64,000 nucleotides of DNA from Squalus acanthias (taxonomy: Eukaryota): positions 60,204,001-60,268,000 of the forward strand of contig CM059438.1 of the NCBI GenBank assembly GCA_030390025.1, read 5' to 3'. Every line of letters starts with the position of its first letter. The first letter of the stretch is position 1. Of the stretch, positions 61,200 to 64,000 are shown one piece after another. A model generated the notes under the pieces. It searched no databases, was not told the DNA's origin, and worked only from the letters and a program-made list of their open reading frames with translations. A program made the translations under genes and the position numbers.

Positions 61200-63551
61200 T
61201 TACACGGTGCTTTCATCGTGCACGCGCACGTAACGTTCTCGCCACTCTCCCGTGTTTTCATGCTTGGTGAGGCGTTTGTCTCTTTTACAATGTACGACCA
61301 ATAGGTACACTACAATAAAAACTTGGCATACAACTAAAATGTGGGAGGCTATCCTGATCCATGAAGGCACTTCAATATTGGTGAACAGATTCCACCACGG
61401 TGGAATTACTATATCCAGAATGTCTGTCCCTATTTCGACAGTTTTCTGCTCTAGTGTGTAAAAATGTTTTTGTGACACCGCGACGGCTTTCAAAAGCTTG
61501 GTGAGGTGTTCAGGGAGAGGGGGAATGAGGTATCCGAAATGTGCGACGAATCGCTGCAAGTCGGTGAAATTCTCTTTTACTGTTAGATGAACAGTAGATG
61601 GTTCAGGGATTGGGACAATTCGCTGTTGTGCTACTTGAACTTCCGCCCTGGGTTTGAAACAGAAACTGCTGTCACTCACCGGACACCGGCTACGGTTTCC
61701 ATGCTGGTAGTGTTGCGCTGCAGTGGTAACACAATATGTTCCACCCCCGATGTATGCTACCTGCGGAGGCACATGATCTTGTGCCATTGCCTCCATGGTG
61801 CAATTCATGGACTTGGCGCCAGCCGTTCTGAACCCGCACTGTGGTGTTAAAAAGGCATTCAAGTGCTGGGGACACAGTATTATGTGTGCTCCCCTGCCAC
61901 GACAACCAGAGAGATCTGTACCTGTCATCGTTTGCTCCCAGCGGATGACGTAAGGTGGAACCGCTGCATAGCGAATGTGGGCTCCCCCCTGAATGACACC
62001 AATGTTCTCTACCCGATACACCGGGGCGGGCTTTGCTGTGTCGCCCAAAACCGGCATACGTAATACTATTCCCATGATAGTATGGTTTGATCGTCCGCAG
62101 TCCACGGGGACTGGGTAAGCTTCTGAAGCTAGCCTGAGCTGGCACGGACTTAATGCGTTCTGAAAAGGGTGGAGCGCTCGCAGGTGTTTGTTACTTATCC
62201 AGGACGGGACCAAACCTTGTTTTAAATCCTCCAAATTACTGCGGCCCTCGCCCAGTAACCACGCCCCGTAAAGCACGCACACCTCGTTCTGCGCAGCTTG
62301 ATCGGATGCATTCCGATCTTCCCTAATCAGGGCATTTACCGTCTTTGCATGTTTCTCTAACTCTGCTATAATTTCCTTTAAATGGAGAGTCATGGCTTGG
62401 TCCTCGTGTAAACCCGACCCTACCACTTTATTCTCATCTGTTAGAATGTCTTTTAATTGTGTCTTTAAACCATTAATCTGGGTCTGCAGCTCCACACTGT
62501 CTAGAGCGTTGACCACAGATGTACCCGTGTTAAAAGCAGTGAACGCGTCGTTCACTACACCCCTTCTTTGCCTCCCTACTTGATCCAAAACTTCATGTGG
62601 TGCGGTGTACAAACTTGTTTTATCAATTTCCGCGAAATCGAATTCGTAAAATTGTCTGAACATCTTGGTCAACAGGACCTGATACAACTGTTCCGTCTTT
62701 TTGGGGCACCACTCTGGTAACCGCACCTCGGTGAGATTTAAAATCACCGAGGCCACCGCGTAATGTACCCCCTGGAATAGTATCTGGTCTGTGGGGACCA
62801 GTACCAAACCATTCCCGGGTCCCTTACTAGTTTTTGGGCACCCTTCCTCCTCAGCTAGAACCACCGGAATCGTGGGCGGGGCTTTGTGTGGGCGCGTAAT
62901 GAGTTCAGTGGCATTTACTGGTATCGGGGAGAATGGGGCTCCGCACCCCCTGGTGCTCGCATCCCACCTCATCCCCTGTCCGTTATCCTGCCATTGATTA
63001 ATGAAAAATATGGAGATGCCTTTGGGGCAAACGTACTTTGACCCCCACATACATACATAAATTCCCTCATCCGGTTCCCACCATTTGTCCCAACAGACTC
63101 TCACTTGTCCGTTTGTCCCCGTAATTGTCCGATGGGTATTATTACCCAGTCGTTCCCACTCGACCGAAGAGTTCCTCATGTTTTTGCTCAGCTTTCGCAG
63201 CCACCACCATCGGCTCAATGGGACATTCCCACTACAAGTCAAACAAATCCGTTTGCCGACGGTGACGCTGATCCTGGGTGCGATGATCCTTACTTTGGGG
63301 CACATTAAAGAAGTCTCTTGGTAGGCAAACCCCGATGTGCTGGAATACTCCGTTGAGTTCGTTCCCAGCCATCCTGGCCACCTTCCCTTGTGGAAATAGG
63401 TGGTGGTCTCCTCAGCCTCCCGTCTTCCGGTCCCATCCACCGCGATGGGGGCCGTGTCCCCGGAGCATCCAAACACCACGACATCCTTGGTGCGGCCTCG
63501 ATAGGCCAATCCACATCCGATTGCCGCGAGCAATACCAGAATTCGTTCCAT
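61200..63551 (-). CDS. env: Intact envelope glycoprotein (class I fusion protein, F-like), 783 aa from MERILV (open frame extends to 63707)
   Basis: Signal MERILVLLAAIGCGLA, Ig-like motifs, furin site RQRR (62562-62573), fusion peptide GVVNDAFTAFNTGTSVVN, heptad region, Cys-rich block, TM helix IASHILVVCQVFIVVYLLVV, short tail. Splice acceptor TTCTATCTGATCGCAG at ~63565. Confidence 0.9.
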   Translation of the reverse strand: MERILVLLAAIGCGLAYRGRTKDVVVFGCSGDTAPIAVDGTGRREAEETTTYFHKGRWPGWLGTNSTEYSSTSGFAYQETSLMCPKVRIIAPRISVTVGKRICLTCSGNVPLSRWWWLRKLSKNMRNSSVEWERLGNNTHRTITGTNGQVRVCWDKWWEPDEGIYVCMWGSKYVCPKGISIFFINQWQDNGQGMRWDASTRGCGAPFSPIPVNATELITRPHKAPPTIPVVLAEEEGCPKTSKGPGNGLVLVPTDQILFQGVHYAVASVILNLTEVRLPEWCPKKTEQLYQVLLTKMFRQFYEFDFAEIDKTSLYTAPHEVLDQVGRQRRGVVNDAFTAFNTGTSVVNALDSVELQTQINGLKTQLKDILTDENKVVGSGLHEDQAMTLHLKEIIAELEKHAKTVNALIREDRNASDQAAQNEVCVLYGAWLLGEGRSNLEDLKQGLVPSWISNKHLRALHPFQNALSPCQLRLASEAYPVPVDCGRSNHTIMGIVLRMPVLGDTAKPAPVYRVENIGVIQGGAHIRYAAVPPYVIRWEQTMTGTDLSGCRGRGAHIILCPQHLNAFLTPQCGFRTAGAKSMNCTMEAMAQDHVPPQVAYIGGGTYCVTTAAQHYQHGNRSRCPVSDSSFCFKPRAEVQVAQQRIVPIPEPSTVHLTVKENFTDLQRFVAHFGYLIPPLPEHLTKLLKAVAVSQKHFYTLEQKTVEIGTDILDIVIPPWWNLFTNIEVPSWIRIASHILVVCQVFIVVYLLVVHCKRDKRLTKHENTGEWRERYVRVHDESTV

Positions 63552-63924
63552 CCTTCCTTGGTTCCTGCGATCAGATAGAATGAGGTAGCCAGCCTCGCAA
63601 GAGTCTCTGGCTTCTGTGAAGGGTGAGCGGGTCCCCTGACCTCGCCTCACGTAAACTTCAATGTTCGCTGAATAAACTTTAACTAAACCTATCTCTAAAG
63701 CTCCCATCAGTTTATCATTTTCTGTTAAAATTAAACTACAAACTTAACCTGATTTAAAACTTATAAACTTATTCTTAACCTTAAACTATAAACTTAAACT
63801 TAAACTATGAACTTAAAAACTTAAAACTTATTACTGTACAGCGCCGCCCGTTCTCAGGGCGGCCCCTTTTAAATTCTGAGAAGGCTGCTGCGAGCTCTTC
63901 CCGACGGTGGGAGGGCTCTGACCT

Positions 63925-64000
63925 TTTCCTCTGATCTGCCGCAGCCTGTTGCTGCACCGACCCCTTCCTCTGATCTGCCGCAGCCTGTTGCTGCACTGAC
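63925..64000 (-). repeat. 39-bp tandem repeat encoding VQQQAAADQRKxS, probably the end of an upstream viral ORF (stop at 63805)
   Basis: TTCCTCTGATCTGCCGCAGCCTGTTGCTGCAC occurs twice; truncated by the window end. Confidence 0.55.

Noticed and set aside
63552..63707. Upstream ATG (MGALEIG) as the env start
   Set aside because: The signal peptide and a splice acceptor point to the ATG at 63551; the longer start is not excluded.

Overview
Eukaryotic, repeat-rich window, most likely from a cartilaginous fish: it carries HER/CR1-type LINEs with (TTCTTATG)n tails and Deu-domain SINEs. Layout: 40/41-bp satellite (1-19410); 500-N gap; gene block A (19911-30273); 52-bp satellite (~30894-35142); a decayed Gypsy LTR element (35233-38987) inserted in the 40-bp satellite; a second 40-bp array (to ~45600); gene block B (49665-59101 is a near-identical duplicate of block A); then the 3' LTR and intact env of an endogenous retrovirus-like element (59102-64000). 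Main finding: both blocks contain a minus-strand multi-exon gene that the ORF track misses. All introns are phase-1 GT-AG. It encodes a signal peptide, an acidic propiece, a KR processing site and a very cationic, Cys-free amphipathic peptide (FFRKL[IKSA][10 protein letters not shown]...), i.e. a candidate shark host-defence peptide precursor. It has a TATA/GAS/AP-1 promoter, duplicated C-terminal exons, and amino-acid divergence confined to the peptide exon. Second finding: the env has an Ig-like domain ahead of a paramyxo-F/lokiretrovirus-type fusion module. All calls were made by eye without database searches.
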